From Alphaproteobacteria bacterium (GTDB taxonomy: Bacteria; Pseudomonadota; Alphaproteobacteria; UBA828): 64,000 nucleotides of DNA. A program made the position numbers and the translations under genes. The DNA is taken from contig CAXXVO010000012.1 of NCBI GenBank assembly GCA_963422645.2, positions 128,001 to 192,000 on the forward strand. The letters run 5' to 3'. The notes under the pieces are model-generated. The model searched no databases, was not told the origin of the DNA, and saw nothing but the letters and a program-made list of their open reading frames with translations. Below, one piece after another: positions 40,658 to 50,375 of this stretch (the stretch's first letter is position 1; each line of letters opens with the position of its first letter).

Positions 40658-41059
40658 TTGCGCCGGTCCTGGCGGATCGCCAGCGAGGCGCGCACGGTCT
40701 CGGCGAGCGCGCGGGCCGCCGCTGCGGCCTCCTTCAGATCGCCTCCCTCTGCGGCGTAGAGCAGGGTGTAGATCTGTTCCTGCGCCATCCTGAGGCTGGC
40801 GTCGGCCAGAGCGGCGGTCTCGTCCGGCGTGGCGGCGACCAGGGCCTCGGCCTGCTCGGTGGCGTGGCGGATGCGCTCGATGCGGCGCTCGAGGTCGCGG
40901 CCGTACTCGTGCAGCGCCGACTTGCCGATGGCGTGGCCGCGCTCGGCGAGCCAGTCCGCCAGCGCCTCGTAGCCGGAGAACGCGCCCTCGATCAGGCGGC
41001 GGTCGAGTTCGCGCCGCAGGTCGGCTGGCAGCAGCGCCGTCTTCCTGCGGCGCGGCACG

Positions 41060-41262
41060 TCAGCCCGTCCTCAGGGTGGAGATGTGCGACGGCCGGCGGA
41101 TTCCGGGCTCGCAGTCCACCTGGTAGTCGGCGACGTCGTAGCCGTGGCGTGTCAGCGTGGCGCGCCAGGGATCGATCTCGGAGCGGACGACCGCGATCAG
41201 CTTGCGGCTTTCGAGATAGGCCATCTGGTCGCGGATCCAGCGCTCGGTAACGCCGATGTAGC
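41060..41262 (-). pseudogene. C-terminal fragment of a Mu gp26-like protein
   Basis: YIGVTERWIRDQMAYLESRKLI...LTRHGYDVADY...CEPGIRRP directly upstream of gp27; N-terminus lost at the internal junction. Confidence 0.6.
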
Positions 41263-41265
41263 TCC

Positions 41266-41535
41266 TCCTACAGCTTGACCGCGGGAGGCAGCGGAGCGGA
41301 CGGCGACGGCGGGGCTCGCGGGCGCGACGGCGCAGACGGCGAGGACACCGCCGCCTTCGGCGGCACGGCGCGCGGCGGCAAGGGCGGCCGGGGAGCGTAT
41401 GACCGACGCAACGCCGCAGACGGCGCAGACGGAACCGCCTCCGCCCCCGCCGGCGCAAGCGGCGTCAGCCGCCAGACCCAGCTCACCGTGCCCTCCCCGG
41501 TCTCCGCCGGCTATATCGTCATCGAGTGGGGCTGA
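41266..41535 (+). pseudogene. C-terminal fragment of a glycine-rich phage tail-associated protein
   Basis: GGxG-rich stretch ending AGYIVIEWG. Confidence 0.55.
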
Positions 41536-41540
41536 TCGCG

Positions 41541-43568
41541 ATGCGCCGCACCCTCGTCCCCGCAGGCGGCGGCATCGACAGCACCGCCCTCGCCCTCCTC
41601 GTCCTGCGCGGGACCGAAGACGAGGTCGTCCTCTCCTGCTACCGCGAGCCGGCCCGCGAACTCCCGGAGCGCATCGCCCGCGAGCAGGCCGCAAGCGAGG
41701 CCGTCGCAGACTGGCTCTCCCGCAACGTCCGGCCCGTGCGCCACGTCAGCCGCGACGCCCTGCGCGTGGAGACCGGCCCCCGCGCAAGATGGCCAATTCG
41801 GGACGGGAGAGGATGGGAGGGCGTCTGCGACCCCACATTCGGCCCCTGGGGCATCGACCGATACGCAACCCACGCCGACGAGGCCGAGCGCCACCGCGCC
41901 GACCGGGTGATGCCCGGCATCACCTCGTGGGACACCGCCGACGACATGCACCGCATGTACTGGTATCCCGTCTACCGCGCGCGCACCGCCGTCCCCATGG
42001 AACTCCCCTTCTTCCCCGGCTGGGAGGACGGCGCGCAGTGGCCGCCGTCGCGGGACGACCCCTTCGGACCCGTCGCCGGGCGCTTCATGCTCCAGGCCCT
42101 GCTCCCGCCCGGGCTGGAGGCGCTCACCTGGCGATGCACCGTCGCGGCAGAGCCCTGCGGACGCTGCCCCCGATGCCGCCTCAACGCCTTCTTCGAGCGC
42201 TTCTGCCGGGGACGCCCGGCGGACCAGGTCGCCCGCATCGACGACGCCCTCGAGCGACACCGCGGCGCAGGCCGGTGGTACGCCGACGCCGACCCCGGAA
42301 GATGGACCGGTCACGACGGATACGACGCCGCAGAACGCGCCGTCGAAGACCCCGAATGGTGGAAGGCCGAACTCGAACGCCCGTGCCGCCCCCCGGCGCC
42401 CGCCCCGGTCCCGACCGCGCCTGAAACCCCCACGCACCGCCCGTGCACGGGCCCTGAACCCCCCGCGCAGCGCTCCTTCATGGCCCATGCACAGGCCGGT
42501 TTTTCCAGCCCGGTTCAGCCCCGAAAACCAGCCGATTTTCCAGGCCATTCGCAAAGACTTCCGGCCGCGATTCGCAAAGACTTCCGGCCGGCTACAGGCA
42601 CGCAACTGCTGGCACCACCGAAGGCGGCGGTGATTGCGCGATCCCCGCACTATCCCGACCTGCGCGACGTCAAGGGGCAGGAAACCGCCAAGCGCGCCCT
42701 CGAGCTTGCCGCCGCCGGCGGCCACAACCTGCTGATGATCGGCCCGCCGGGCACCGGCAAGTCGATGCTGGCATCGCGCCTGCCCGGCATTCTGCCGCCG
42801 CTCGCGCCCGAAGAGGCATTGAGCGTGAGCATGATCGCCTCGGTCGCGGGTCTCCTCGGGAGCAACGGGCTGACCCGCAGCCGGCCCTTCCGCGACCCGC
42901 ACCACTCGGCCTCGATGGCGGCGATGGTGGGCGGCGGTGTCCGCGCCCGCCCCGGGGAGGTCTCGCTTGCCCATCTCGGCGTGCTCTTCCTGGACGAGCT
43001 GCCCGAGTTTCCCCGCCCCGTGCTCGATGCATTGCGCCAGCCGATCGAGAGCGGCGCGGTCGCTGTCGCGCGCGCCAACGCCCACGTGCGCTATCCCGCG
43101 CGCTTCCAGCTCGTCGCTGCGATGAACCCCTGCCGCTGCGGCTACCTGTCGGACCCCGCGCGCGCCTGCACCCGCGCGCCTCGTTGTGCGCAAGACTACC
43201 AGGTGCGCATCTCAGGCCCGCTCTACGACCGCATCGACCTCCACGTGGACGTTCCGGAGCTCTCCGCAGCCGACCTCGCGCTACCCCCGCCTGCCGAAGG
43301 CTCGGCCCAAGTCGCGGCCCGGGTGGCGGCCGCCCGCGCAGCCCAGCGGGCGCGCTTCCACGCCTTGAGCGCGCCGCCCGACGTCCGCACCAATGCGGAG
43401 GCAGAGGGCGAGTTGCTCACCCAAATCGCCACGCCGGACGAGGGCGGACGGGACCTGCTTACCGAAGCGACCGACCGGCTCAGGCTCTCGGCCCGCGGCC
43501 ATCACCGCGTGCTCAAGGTCGCGCGCACGATTGCGGACTTGGGCGGCGCCGAGGTTGTCGCGCGCTGA
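41541..43568 (+). CDS. QueC-like PP-loop ATPase reading through the prophage end in frame into the ComM AAA+ domain
   Basis: AGGGIDS PP-loop variant, TWRC-x6-CGRCPRC Cys cluster; no stop before 42596; continues GTQLLAPP... of ComM. Confidence 0.7.
   Translation: MRRTLVPAGGGIDSTALALLVLRGTEDEVVLSCYREPARELPERIAREQAASEAVADWLSRNVRPVRHVSRDALRVETGPRARWPIRDGRGWEGVCDPTFGPWGIDRYATHADEAERHRADRVMPGITSWDTADDMHRMYWYPVYRARTAVPMELPFFPGWEDGAQWPPSRDDPFGPVAGRFMLQALLPPGLEALTWRCTVAAEPCGRCPRCRLNAFFERFCRGRPADQVARIDDALERHRGAGRWYADADPGRWTGHDGYDAAERAVEDPEWWKAELERPCRPPAPAPVPTAPETPTHRPCTGPEPPAQRSFMAHAQAGFSSPVQPRKPADFPGHSQRLPAAIRKDFRPATGTQLLAPPKAAVIARSPHYPDLRDVKGQETAKRALELAAAGGHNLLMIGPPGTGKSMLASRLPGILPPLAPEEALSVSMIASVAGLLGSNGLTRSRPFRDPHHSASMAAMVGGGVRARPGEVSLAHLGVLFLDELPEFPRPVLDALRQPIESGAVAVARANAHVRYPARFQLVAAMNPCRCGYLSDPARACTRAPRCAQDYQVRISGPLYDRIDLHVDVPELSAADLALPPPAEGSAQVAARVAAARAAQRARFHALSAPPDVRTNAEAEGELLTQIATPDEGGRDLLTEATDRLRLSARGHHRVLKVARTIADLGGAEVVAR
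42547..42590 (-). repeat. Right-end putative transposase-binding sites of the mini-Mu (tandem 21-mers)
   Basis: ATTCGCAAAGACTTCCGGCCG at 42547-42567 and 42570-42590. Confidence 0.8.
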
Positions 43569-43652
43569 GCGCGCGCGCCGAAGCGCTCTCCTACCGCCGC
43601 ATCGGCCCCTACGGATAACGGGCTCAGCCGGGCGAGACTGCTCCGGCCGCCA

Positions 43653-44015
43653 TCAGGCCTTGGCGATCATGCGCCCGAGGCGGCGGCCGCCGCAGAGGTG
43701 GACGTGGAAGTGCGGCACTTCCTGGCCGCCGTCGATGCCGGTGTTTGCGATGGTGCGGAAGCCGTCCTTCTCGAGCCCCAGCGAGCGGGCGATCTCGCCC
43801 ACCCTCTTGAAAAAGCACCCGACCTCCTCGGCCGAGGCCTTCTGCGTGAAATCGTCGAGCGAGATGTAAGCGCCCTTCGGGATCACCAGCACGTGCACCG
43901 GCGCCTGCGGCGCTATGTCGCGAAAGGCCAGGACGGCGTCGTCCTCGTAGACGGTATCGTTCCGAATCTCGCCGCGCAGAATCTTGGCGAAGATATTGTC
44001 GTTGTCATAGCTCAT
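43653..44015 (-). CDS. Histidine triad nucleotide-binding protein
   Basis: IFAKILRGEI, QEVPHFHVH. Confidence 0.93.
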   Translation of the reverse strand: MSYDNDNIFAKILRGEIRNDTVYEDDAVLAFRDIAPQAPVHVLVIPKGAYISLDDFTQKASAEEVGCFFKRVGEIARSLGLEKDGFRTIANTGIDGGQEVPHFHVHLCGGRRLGRMIAKA

Positions 44016-44359
44016 CGCTTGTCCCCGGCCTTTTGCTTCCCAGCCTCGCGCGCGAGTCCGGAGACGCCGCGCCTCTTGGAGAGTTCGCCGAACACGTCGG
44101 CCGGCTTGACGCCTGCGGCCGACCACAGGACCAGCAGGTGGAACAGCAGGTCCGCGCTCTCGGAGACGAGACCCTTCTTGTCGCCAAGGGCGCCGGCGAG
44201 CGCCACCTCGACGCCCTCCTCGCCGACCTTCTTCGCGACGTGCTCCCGGCCGCGCGCGAAGGTCCGTGCGACGTAGGAGGTCTCCGGGTCGCCGCCCTTG
44301 CGCTTCTCGATGACGCCGTACAGCTCCTCGATGATGCTGCCGTCCTGCGAGCCTTTCAT
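44012..44359 (-). CDS. hisE: Phosphoribosyl-ATP diphosphatase
   Basis: SYVA, KKVGEEGVE, ESADLLFH. Confidence 0.94.
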   Translation of the reverse strand: MKGSQDGSIIEELYGVIEKRKGGDPETSYVARTFARGREHVAKKVGEEGVEVALAGALGDKKGLVSESADLLFHLLVLWSAAGVKPADVFGELSKRRGVSGLAREAGKQKAGDKR

Positions 44360-44412
44360 GCTGCCGCCCCGTCTTGCTCAGCGCGTCTGCGTATCAGAAT
44401 TCGCATCCGCCG

Positions 44413-45168
44413 TCATGGCCGCACCGGGATGCCGGCGGTGCGCATGTGCGCCTTCGCTTCGCCGATCGAGTGCTCGCCGAAATGGAAGATGGAGGCCGCC
44501 AGTACCGCTGTTGCGTGGCCGTCGCGGATGCCCTCCACCAAATGATCCAGCGTGCCGACGCCGCCGGAGGCGATGACCGGGATGGTGACCGCGTCCGCCA
44601 CGGTCCGTGTCAGCTCGATATCGAAGCCCACGCGGGTGCCGTCGCGATCCATGGAGGTCAGCAGGATTTCCCCGGCCCCGGCGTCCGCCATGCGCCGGGC
44701 CCAGGCGATGGCGTCGATCCCCGTCGGCTTGCGCCCACCATGGGTGAAAATTTGGAAACCGCCCGCGACCCGCTTGGCGTCGATGGCGACGACGATGCAC
44801 TGGGTGCCGAACTTCTCCGCCGCCTCGGCGACGAAGGCGGGGTTGTGAACGGCGGCGGTGTTGATCGAGACCTTGTCGGCGCCCGCCAGCAGCAGCGCGC
44901 GGACATCCTCGATGGCGCGCACCCCGCCGCCCACGGTGAGCGGCATGAAGCAGACTTCGGCGGTACCGGCGACGACGTCGTAGATGGTGTCGCGCTGCTC
45001 GTGGGAGGCGGTGATATCCAGGAAGCAAAGCTCGTCCGCTCCCTGCTCGTCATAGACCCTGGCCTGCTCTACCGGGTCTCCGGCATCCACCAGATCGACG
45101 AAGTTCACGCCCTTGACCACGCGCCCGGCGTGAACATCGAGGCACGGGATGACGCGCATCTTCAGCAT
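44413..45168 (-). CDS. hisF: Imidazole glycerol phosphate synthase subunit HisF
   Basis: [29 protein letters not shown]. Confidence 0.97.
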   Translation of the reverse strand: MLKMRVIPCLDVHAGRVVKGVNFVDLVDAGDPVEQARVYDEQGADELCFLDITASHEQRDTIYDVVAGTAEVCFMPLTVGGGVRAIEDVRALLLAGADKVSINTAAVHNPAFVAEAAEKFGTQCIVVAIDAKRVAGGFQIFTHGGRKPTGIDAIAWARRMADAGAGEILLTSMDRDGTRVGFDIELTRTVADAVTIPVIASGGVGTLDHLVEGIRDGHATAVLAASIFHFGEHSIGEAKAHMRTAGIPVRP

Positions 45169-45192
45169 GGCGCGGAACCGGGAGCAGCGCGT

Positions 45193-45918
45193 TCAGGCGG
45201 CGAGCAGCGCCAGCGCCAGCGCCGGGTCGATGCGGCCGTCATAGAGAGCGCGGCCGCAGATCACACCGCAGACACCGTCCGCCTCGTATGGCTTGAGCGC
45301 TTCGAGGTCGGCGTGGGAGGCGACGCCGCCGGACGCGATGACCGGTGTTTCCAGCACCCGCGCCAGCGCTCCGGTCGACGCCGCGGCGACGCCCTCCAGC
45401 GCCCCGTCGCGCGCGATGTCGGTATGGATGATCGCGGCGGCGCCGGCGTCTTCAAAGCGTCGCGCCAGCTCCAGCGCCTCCATGTCCACCGTCTCGGCCC
45501 AGCCTTCCACCGCAACCCGCCCGTCGCGGGCGTCGATGCCGACCGCGACCCGGCCGGGGAAGGCCCGGCAGGCATCGCGCACCAGGTCAGGATCGCGGAC
45601 CGCCACTGTGCCGAGGATCACCCGGCGCACGCCGCGCGCGAGCCACGCCTCGATCGTCGTCATGTCTCTGATGCCGCCGCCCAGTTGCACAGGTAGATCG
45701 ACCGTTTCGAGGATCGCCCCGACCGCGTCATCGTTGACTGGCTTGCCGGCGAAGGCGCCGTCGAGATCGACGATGTGAAGCCAGGCGAAGCCGGCGGAAG
45801 CGAAGGCCCGTGCCTGCGCCGGGGGGTCGTCGGAGAAGACCGTGGCCCGCGCCATGTCACCCTGCACGAGCCTGACGCAAGCGCCTCCCTTGAGGTCGAT
45901 CGCAGGGAAAAGGATCAC
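45193..45918 (-). CDS. hisA: ProFAR isomerase
   Basis: [29 protein letters not shown]. Confidence 0.96.
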   Translation of the reverse strand: MILFPAIDLKGGACVRLVQGDMARATVFSDDPPAQARAFASAGFAWLHIVDLDGAFAGKPVNDDAVGAILETVDLPVQLGGGIRDMTTIEAWLARGVRRVILGTVAVRDPDLVRDACRAFPGRVAVGIDARDGRVAVEGWAETVDMEALELARRFEDAGAAAIIHTDIARDGALEGVAAASTGALARVLETPVIASGGVASHADLEALKPYEADGVCGVICGRALYDGRIDPALALALLAA

Positions 45919-46487
45919 GGCGCCGGGTCCGGCGGCCGGTCCGTCCGATTGGTCAGGTCCTTGCAGTAGTAGTGGCCGGCGATCGACTGGCCGTCCACGA
46001 ACGCATATTTCGGATGCGTGCCCCAGCGCTTGAAACCGAGCGACTCATAGAGCGCGATCGCAGCCTCCTGGGTTTCGCGCACGCTCAGGTTCATCACCTT
46101 GTAGCCGCGCGCCACCGCTTCGACCTCGGCCACCTCCAGCAGCCTCCGGGCCAGGCCGTGCCCGCGCGCCCAAGGAGCCACGAAGTGGGTATCGATGAGG
46201 CAGGAGAGGCGCCAGGCCTCCTTCTGCGGCGGCGCCGACACGAGCTGGACCGACCCGGCCACCACGCCGTCCATGCGGCCGATGAAGAGCAGCCGCTCCG
46301 GCACGACGGTCACGCCCCGCCAGTAGCGCTCGAAGGAAGCAGGCTGGGGCGGGCGCACCCAGCCGAAACCGGCGCCGTCGTTGATCGCGGCGGAAGCGGC
46401 CTCACAGAGCTCGGCGAGCTCGCGTTTGCGCAGCCGCTCGACCGTGCCGACCTCGATCCGGGGACCCACTGTCGCGAGTTGGCTCAT
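45915..46487 (-). CDS. GNAT-family acetyltransferase
   Basis: [22 protein letters not shown]. Confidence 0.88.
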   Translation of the reverse strand: MSQLATVGPRIEVGTVERLRKRELAELCEAASAAINDGAGFGWVRPPQPASFERYWRGVTVVPERLLFIGRMDGVVAGSVQLVSAPPQKEAWRLSCLIDTHFVAPWARGHGLARRLLEVAEVEAVARGYKVMNLSVRETQEAAIALYESLGFKRWGTHPKYAFVDGQSIAGHYYCKDLTNRTDRPPDPAP

Positions 46488-47128
46488 GGCTGCCACCGAA
46501 GAAAGTTGCCGATCACGGTCAGGCCCACCTCTTGGCTCTTCTCGGGATGAAACTGCGTGCCGACCATGTTGTCACGGCCCGCAACCGCCGTGACCGGGCC
46601 GCCATAGTCCACTCTCGCGAAGACCTCGTCGGGCTTGCGGCACGTGAGTCCGTAGCTGTGGACGAAATAGGCGTGGGCATCGTCGGGCAAGCCTTGCAGG
46701 ACCGGATGCGCCTCGCCTTCCAGGGCGAGATCGTTCCAGCCCATGTGGGGGACCTTCAGCGCCTCGTCGTCGGGCTCGAGCGGCGCCACCTCGCCGTCGA
46801 TCCAGCCGAGCCCTTCGTGCTCGCCGTGCTCGTGGCCCACGCGCGCCATGAGCTGCATGCCGACGCAAATGCCGAGAAAGGGCACGCCCCGGCGCAGCAC
46901 CGCGTCTTCCAGCGCCTCGATCATGCCTTCGCGGGCGGCGAGCCCGGCCTTGCAGTCGGCAAAGGCGCCAACGCCGGGCAGGACGATCCGCTCCGCCTGC
47001 CGCACCGTCTCGGGATCGTCGGTCACCAGCACCGACTCCGTCGGGGTCGCGTCGGCTGCGGCACGCTCGAAGGCCTTGGCGGCGGAGCGCAGATTGCCCG
47101 AACCATAGTCGATGATCGCGGTGGTCAC
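46484..47128 (-). CDS. hisH: Imidazole glycerol phosphate synthase subunit HisH
   Basis: [21 protein letters not shown]. Confidence 0.97.
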   Translation of the reverse strand: MTTAIIDYGSGNLRSAAKAFERAAADATPTESVLVTDDPETVRQAERIVLPGVGAFADCKAGLAAREGMIEALEDAVLRRGVPFLGICVGMQLMARVGHEHGEHEGLGWIDGEVAPLEPDDEALKVPHMGWNDLALEGEAHPVLQGLPDDAHAYFVHSYGLTCRKPDEVFARVDYGGPVTAVAGRDNMVGTQFHPEKSQEVGLTVIGNFLRWQP

Positions 47129-47134
47129 GGCGCG

Positions 47135-47602
47135 TCAGCTCCAGAAGCCGGGGTTCGGATCGAGATCGCGCGGCCGGGGCGACGGTGCCGCGGCGCCGAA
47201 TGCCGGTCGTGGCATCGACGCCTGCGCCATGGCCTCGGCGTAGCGGATGAGCGCCTGCGCGCGGCTCGGCGCCGCCACCACCTCGGCCAGGCGGTAGCCG
47301 CGGGCGGCAAGCCCGGCCCGGCGCAGGTCGTTCGCCGACATGCCGGCCAATACGGCATAGCCGAAGCCGAGCACCACCGGCAGAACCGGCCCGAGACCCA
47401 GCACCAGCGGCACCGCAACGATCGCGGCCAGCGCGGCAATCAGCAGCAGCGCCGCGAGCCACAGTCCCTCCGCGAGCGCCCAGAAGGGTGCGAAGAAGAA
47501 CGCGAGCCAGTTGAACCCTTCGCGCACGAACACGGCGCGGCCCAGCGCGCCGTCGTCCCCGCCGCCTTCGCCGGCCGGTATGTGGATCGTGTAGAAGCGC
47601 AC
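47135..47602 (-). CDS. DUF2628-like membrane protein
   Basis: VFVREGFNWLAFFF; position between hisB and hisH. Confidence 0.75.
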   Translation of the reverse strand: MRFYTIHIPAGEGGGDDGALGRAVFVREGFNWLAFFFAPFWALAEGLWLAALLLIAALAAIVAVPLVLGLGPVLPVVLGFGYAVLAGMSANDLRRAGLAARGYRLAEVVAAPSRAQALIRYAEAMAQASMPRPAFGAAAPSPRPRDLDPNPGFWS

Positions 47603-47603
47603 C

Positions 47604-48221
47604 CTAAGCCTCCAAGCTGCCGCCGAGCACGCCTTTGGTCGACGGCACCTCGCCGGCCATGCGCGGGTCGGGCTCGATCGCCTGGCGCAGCGCCCGCGCA
47701 AGGCCCTTGTAGCAGGCCTCGATCATGTGATGACTGTTCTCGCCGTACATGACCTCGATGTGGAGCGTGAGCCCCGCCGCCTGCGCGAAGGCCTGGAACC
47801 ACTCCTTGAAGTGCTCGGTATCCATGCCGTCGAGGCGCGGCTTCTCGAAGGTGACGCGCCAGATCAGGTAGGGCCGGTTGCTCGCATCGAGGGAGACGCG
47901 CGCGCACGCCTCGTCCATCGGGATCACCGCGCTGCCGTAGCGCCGGATGCCGCGCCGCTCGCCCAGCGCCTTGCTGACCGCCTCACCGATGGCGAGCCCC
48001 GTGTCCTCGACGGTGTGGTGCAGCGTCACGTCGATATCGCCCTTCGCGTCGCACTCGATATCGATCAGGCTGTGGCGCGAGAGCTGCTCCAGCATGTGAT
48101 CGAAGAAGCCGATCCCGGTGGCGATCTGCGAGCGGCCGCGCCCGTCGAGATCGACGGCGACGGTAATGCTCGTCTCCTTGGTAACCCGCTCGACGCGGGC
48201 CGTGCGCGTGTGCTGGCTCAT
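47604..48221 (-). CDS. hisB: Imidazoleglycerol-phosphate dehydratase
   Basis: [31 protein letters not shown]. Confidence 0.97.
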   Translation of the reverse strand: MSQHTRTARVERVTKETSITVAVDLDGRGRSQIATGIGFFDHMLEQLSRHSLIDIECDAKGDIDVTLHHTVEDTGLAIGEAVSKALGERRGIRRYGSAVIPMDEACARVSLDASNRPYLIWRVTFEKPRLDGMDTEHFKEWFQAFAQAAGLTLHIEVMYGENSHHMIEACYKGLARALRQAIEPDPRMAGEVPSTKGVLGGSLEA

Positions 48222-48372
48222 GCCGCAGACCGATGATCCGGGGAGAACGGCGCCTTGTAGCAAGAACCACCGCCGGCTGCCAGCCTCGACCGGCCGCGCC
48301 CCTTCGCACTTCCCGCCGGCGCCGGACCGGGGCATGATGGCGCGAGACGAGCGCTGACCAGGAGACCGCGTC

Positions 48373-49170
48373 ATGGCCGGAACCTTCGACATCAACATCG
48401 ATTGCGGCGAGAGCTTCGGCAACTGGGTCATGGGGGCGGACGAGGCGCTCATGCCCCACGTCACCACCGCCAACGTCGCCTGCGGCTTCCATGCCGGCGA
48501 CCCCATGACCATGATGCAGACCGTCGCGCTCGCCAAGGAGAACGGCGTGGCCGTGGGCTCCCATCCGGGCCTGCCGGACCTCATGGGCTTTGGCCGCCGG
48601 GTGATGGCGATCACGCCGGACGAGCTCTACGCCTACGTGATCTACCAGACCGGCGCGCTGCGGGCGGCACTGGAGGCCAAGGGCATGGCGCTCCACCACG
48701 TCAAGCCCCACGGCGCCCTCTATCGCATGCTCAACGACGACGAGGCGCTGGGCGAGGCCTTCGCCCGCGCGGTGATCGATCTCTGCCCCGAGCCGATGAT
48801 CTATTACCCGGCGCCGGTGGAGCGTCACGCGGTCACCAGGATCGCGGCCGACATGGGCATCGACGTGGTGGGCGAGCTTTATTTCGACCTGCCCTACGAC
48901 GATGACGGCACGCTGGTGCTCAAGCGCTCCAACGAGGGCGCGGACCTCGACGAGACCCGCCACAAGCTCGGCCTCTTTCTGGAGACCGGCGCGACCCTCA
49001 GCATCAACGGTGCGCGCGTGCCGATCGCGGCGCGCAGCATCTGCCTCCACGGCGACGGGCCGAACGCGGTCGATCTCGCCACCACCATCGGCGCGACCCT
49101 CTCGGAGCACGGCTATGCGCTGGAGCCGCTCGAGCCGGCGCCGACCATCCAGCACCAGGCCGCCGAGTAA
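48373..49170 (+). CDS. LamB/YcsF family (5-oxoprolinase subunit A-like)
   Basis: [34 protein letters not shown]. Confidence 0.9.
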   Translation: MAGTFDINIDCGESFGNWVMGADEALMPHVTTANVACGFHAGDPMTMMQTVALAKENGVAVGSHPGLPDLMGFGRRVMAITPDELYAYVIYQTGALRAALEAKGMALHHVKPHGALYRMLNDDEALGEAFARAVIDLCPEPMIYYPAPVERHAVTRIAADMGIDVVGELYFDLPYDDDGTLVLKRSNEGADLDETRHKLGLFLETGATLSINGARVPIAARSICLHGDGPNAVDLATTIGATLSEHGYALEPLEPAPTIQHQAAE

Positions 49171-49258
49171 GGGACTGGAAACGCAGCGCCGGTTGAGGCA
49201 TGTTCCGGGCTCGCGACCCTGAAGAGTCGCGGCAGGCAGACCAGAGGAGTAGTCGTCG

Positions 49259-49390
49259 ATGAGCGACGATCACGGCCCTTCGCTCGAGGAACTGACGCGG
49301 GCACGAATCCCTTACGTGGCGGGGCTTGCCCTCGCCGTCCTCATCATCGGCGTCCTCGCCGGGCTCTCGGCCGGCGGCATCGTTCCCTAA
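49259..49390 (+). CDS. 43-aa single-TM small protein
   Basis: AGAGGAG SD; MSDDHGPSLEELTRARIPYVAGLALAVLIIGVLAGLSAGGIVP; GC-rich third codon positions. Confidence 0.55.
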   Translation: MSDDHGPSLEELTRARIPYVAGLALAVLIIGVLAGLSAGGIVP

Positions 49391-49399
49391 GGAGCCTGC

Positions 49400-50350
49400 T
49401 CAGGCGCTGGCCGGGGCAGCGGGCAGCATCCCCTCCTCGCGCATCCAGCGGCAGAGATCCTCGAACATGGTGCGGAGCGGCACCGGCCTGAAGCCGAGCT
49501 CCCGCATCGCCTTGTCGCACAGCATTATCTGGTTCTGGTTCGTGACGAAGTGGATCTCGTCGCTGACGTCGGGATTGCGCTCGCTCGTCGCCCGCGGCGC
49601 TTCCACGCCGACGATCTCGGCCGCGATCCCGGCTGCGGTGGCGAACTTCTCGTTGGCGCCGGCGAGGATATAGCGCTCCCCTCTCCTCCCCCGCTCGTAG
49701 GCGCTGATATGCGCCTTCGCGGTTTCGTCGATATGGCAGAAAGCGCCGCCCCCGGCGCCCACCGTCGTCATGGCGCCGCTCGCGATCGCCTGGACGAAGG
49801 GGCCCCAGATCACCCGATCGTAGGGGCCGACCACGTTGCCGGGGTTGACGCAGACAGCATCGAGGCCGCCGGCTGCGGCTTCCAGAACGATGTCTTCGGC
49901 CGCCTTCTTGGAACTGCAGTAGTTGACCCCGATCTCGTCGGCGTTTGAGGGCGCGGTCTCGTCGATGGGCATGCCGTGGTGAAGACCCCATGTCGCACCC
50001 GTCGACGTGTGAATGAAGCGCCCGACGTTCCTGGCCTTCGCCGCCTCGACGACGGCGCGGGTGCCCGCCACGTTGGCGTGGGTCTGGGCCTCGTCACCGG
50101 CGGAATCGAAGCTCACGTTGCCAGCCACGTGGAACAGGGCATCCACGCCTTCGGGAATGGCACCGGCCAGAAAGTCCCGATCCCCGATGTCGCCCACCAC
50201 CCGAGTGGCCGGAAACTGCCGCAGATAGGTGAGGTCCGAGGTCTCGCGGTGCATCGCGATCACCGACCAGCCGGCTTCCCCCAGCTGCTTCACCAGGTTG
50301 ACGCCGATAAAGCCCGATGCGCCGGTGACGAACGCGGTCTTTCCAGTCAT
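49400..50350 (-). CDS. NAD-dependent epimerase/dehydratase (extended SDR)
   Basis: TGASGFIG, YCSSK, NPGNVVGP. Confidence 0.9.
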   Translation of the reverse strand: MTGKTAFVTGASGFIGVNLVKQLGEAGWSVIAMHRETSDLTYLRQFPATRVVGDIGDRDFLAGAIPEGVDALFHVAGNVSFDSAGDEAQTHANVAGTRAVVEAAKARNVGRFIHTSTGATWGLHHGMPIDETAPSNADEIGVNYCSSKKAAEDIVLEAAAGGLDAVCVNPGNVVGPYDRVIWGPFVQAIASGAMTTVGAGGGAFCHIDETAKAHISAYERGRRGERYILAGANEKFATAAGIAAEIVGVEAPRATSERNPDVSDEIHFVTNQNQIMLCDKAMRELGFRPVPLRTMFEDLCRWMREEGMLPAAPASA

Positions 50351-50375
50351 GCCTCTTTCCCCGATTACATGCGGC

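Larger units (their letters stand above)
38362..41058 (-). pseudogene. DUF3486 / Mu gp27-like small terminase, split by IS1634
   Basis: 41058-40658 MPRRRK...GKSALHEYG...QDRR joined to 38498-38362 KILADA...DVYGIFDA; stop overlaps the terL ATG. Confidence 0.75.
34347..42596. mobile_element. Defective Mu-like transposable prophage (mini-Mu), 8,250 bp
   Basis: TGTAG...CTACA ends; GGCAC duplication at 34342-34346 and 42597-42601; end repeats AAGTCWTTGCGAAT; Mu-type packaging genes; no phage transposase or capsid gene. Confidence 0.9.
32071..43568 (+). pseudogene. comM: YifB/ComM Mg-chelatase-like AAA+ ATPase split into three pieces (32071-32187, 33956-34346, 42597-43568)
   Basis: MVAHV...VVGLPDK | AVAESR (frameshift ~33974) ERVRGAL...NLAPAD...HFKGT | QLLAPP...GPPGTGKSM...FLDELPEF...CRCG; premature stop/frameshift before AEALSYR. 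Confidence 0.92.

Noticed and set aside
42547-42590. Tandem 21-bp repeats as a CRISPR array
   Set aside because: Only two copies, 2 bp apart, with no spacers or cas genes; explained as phage end binding sites
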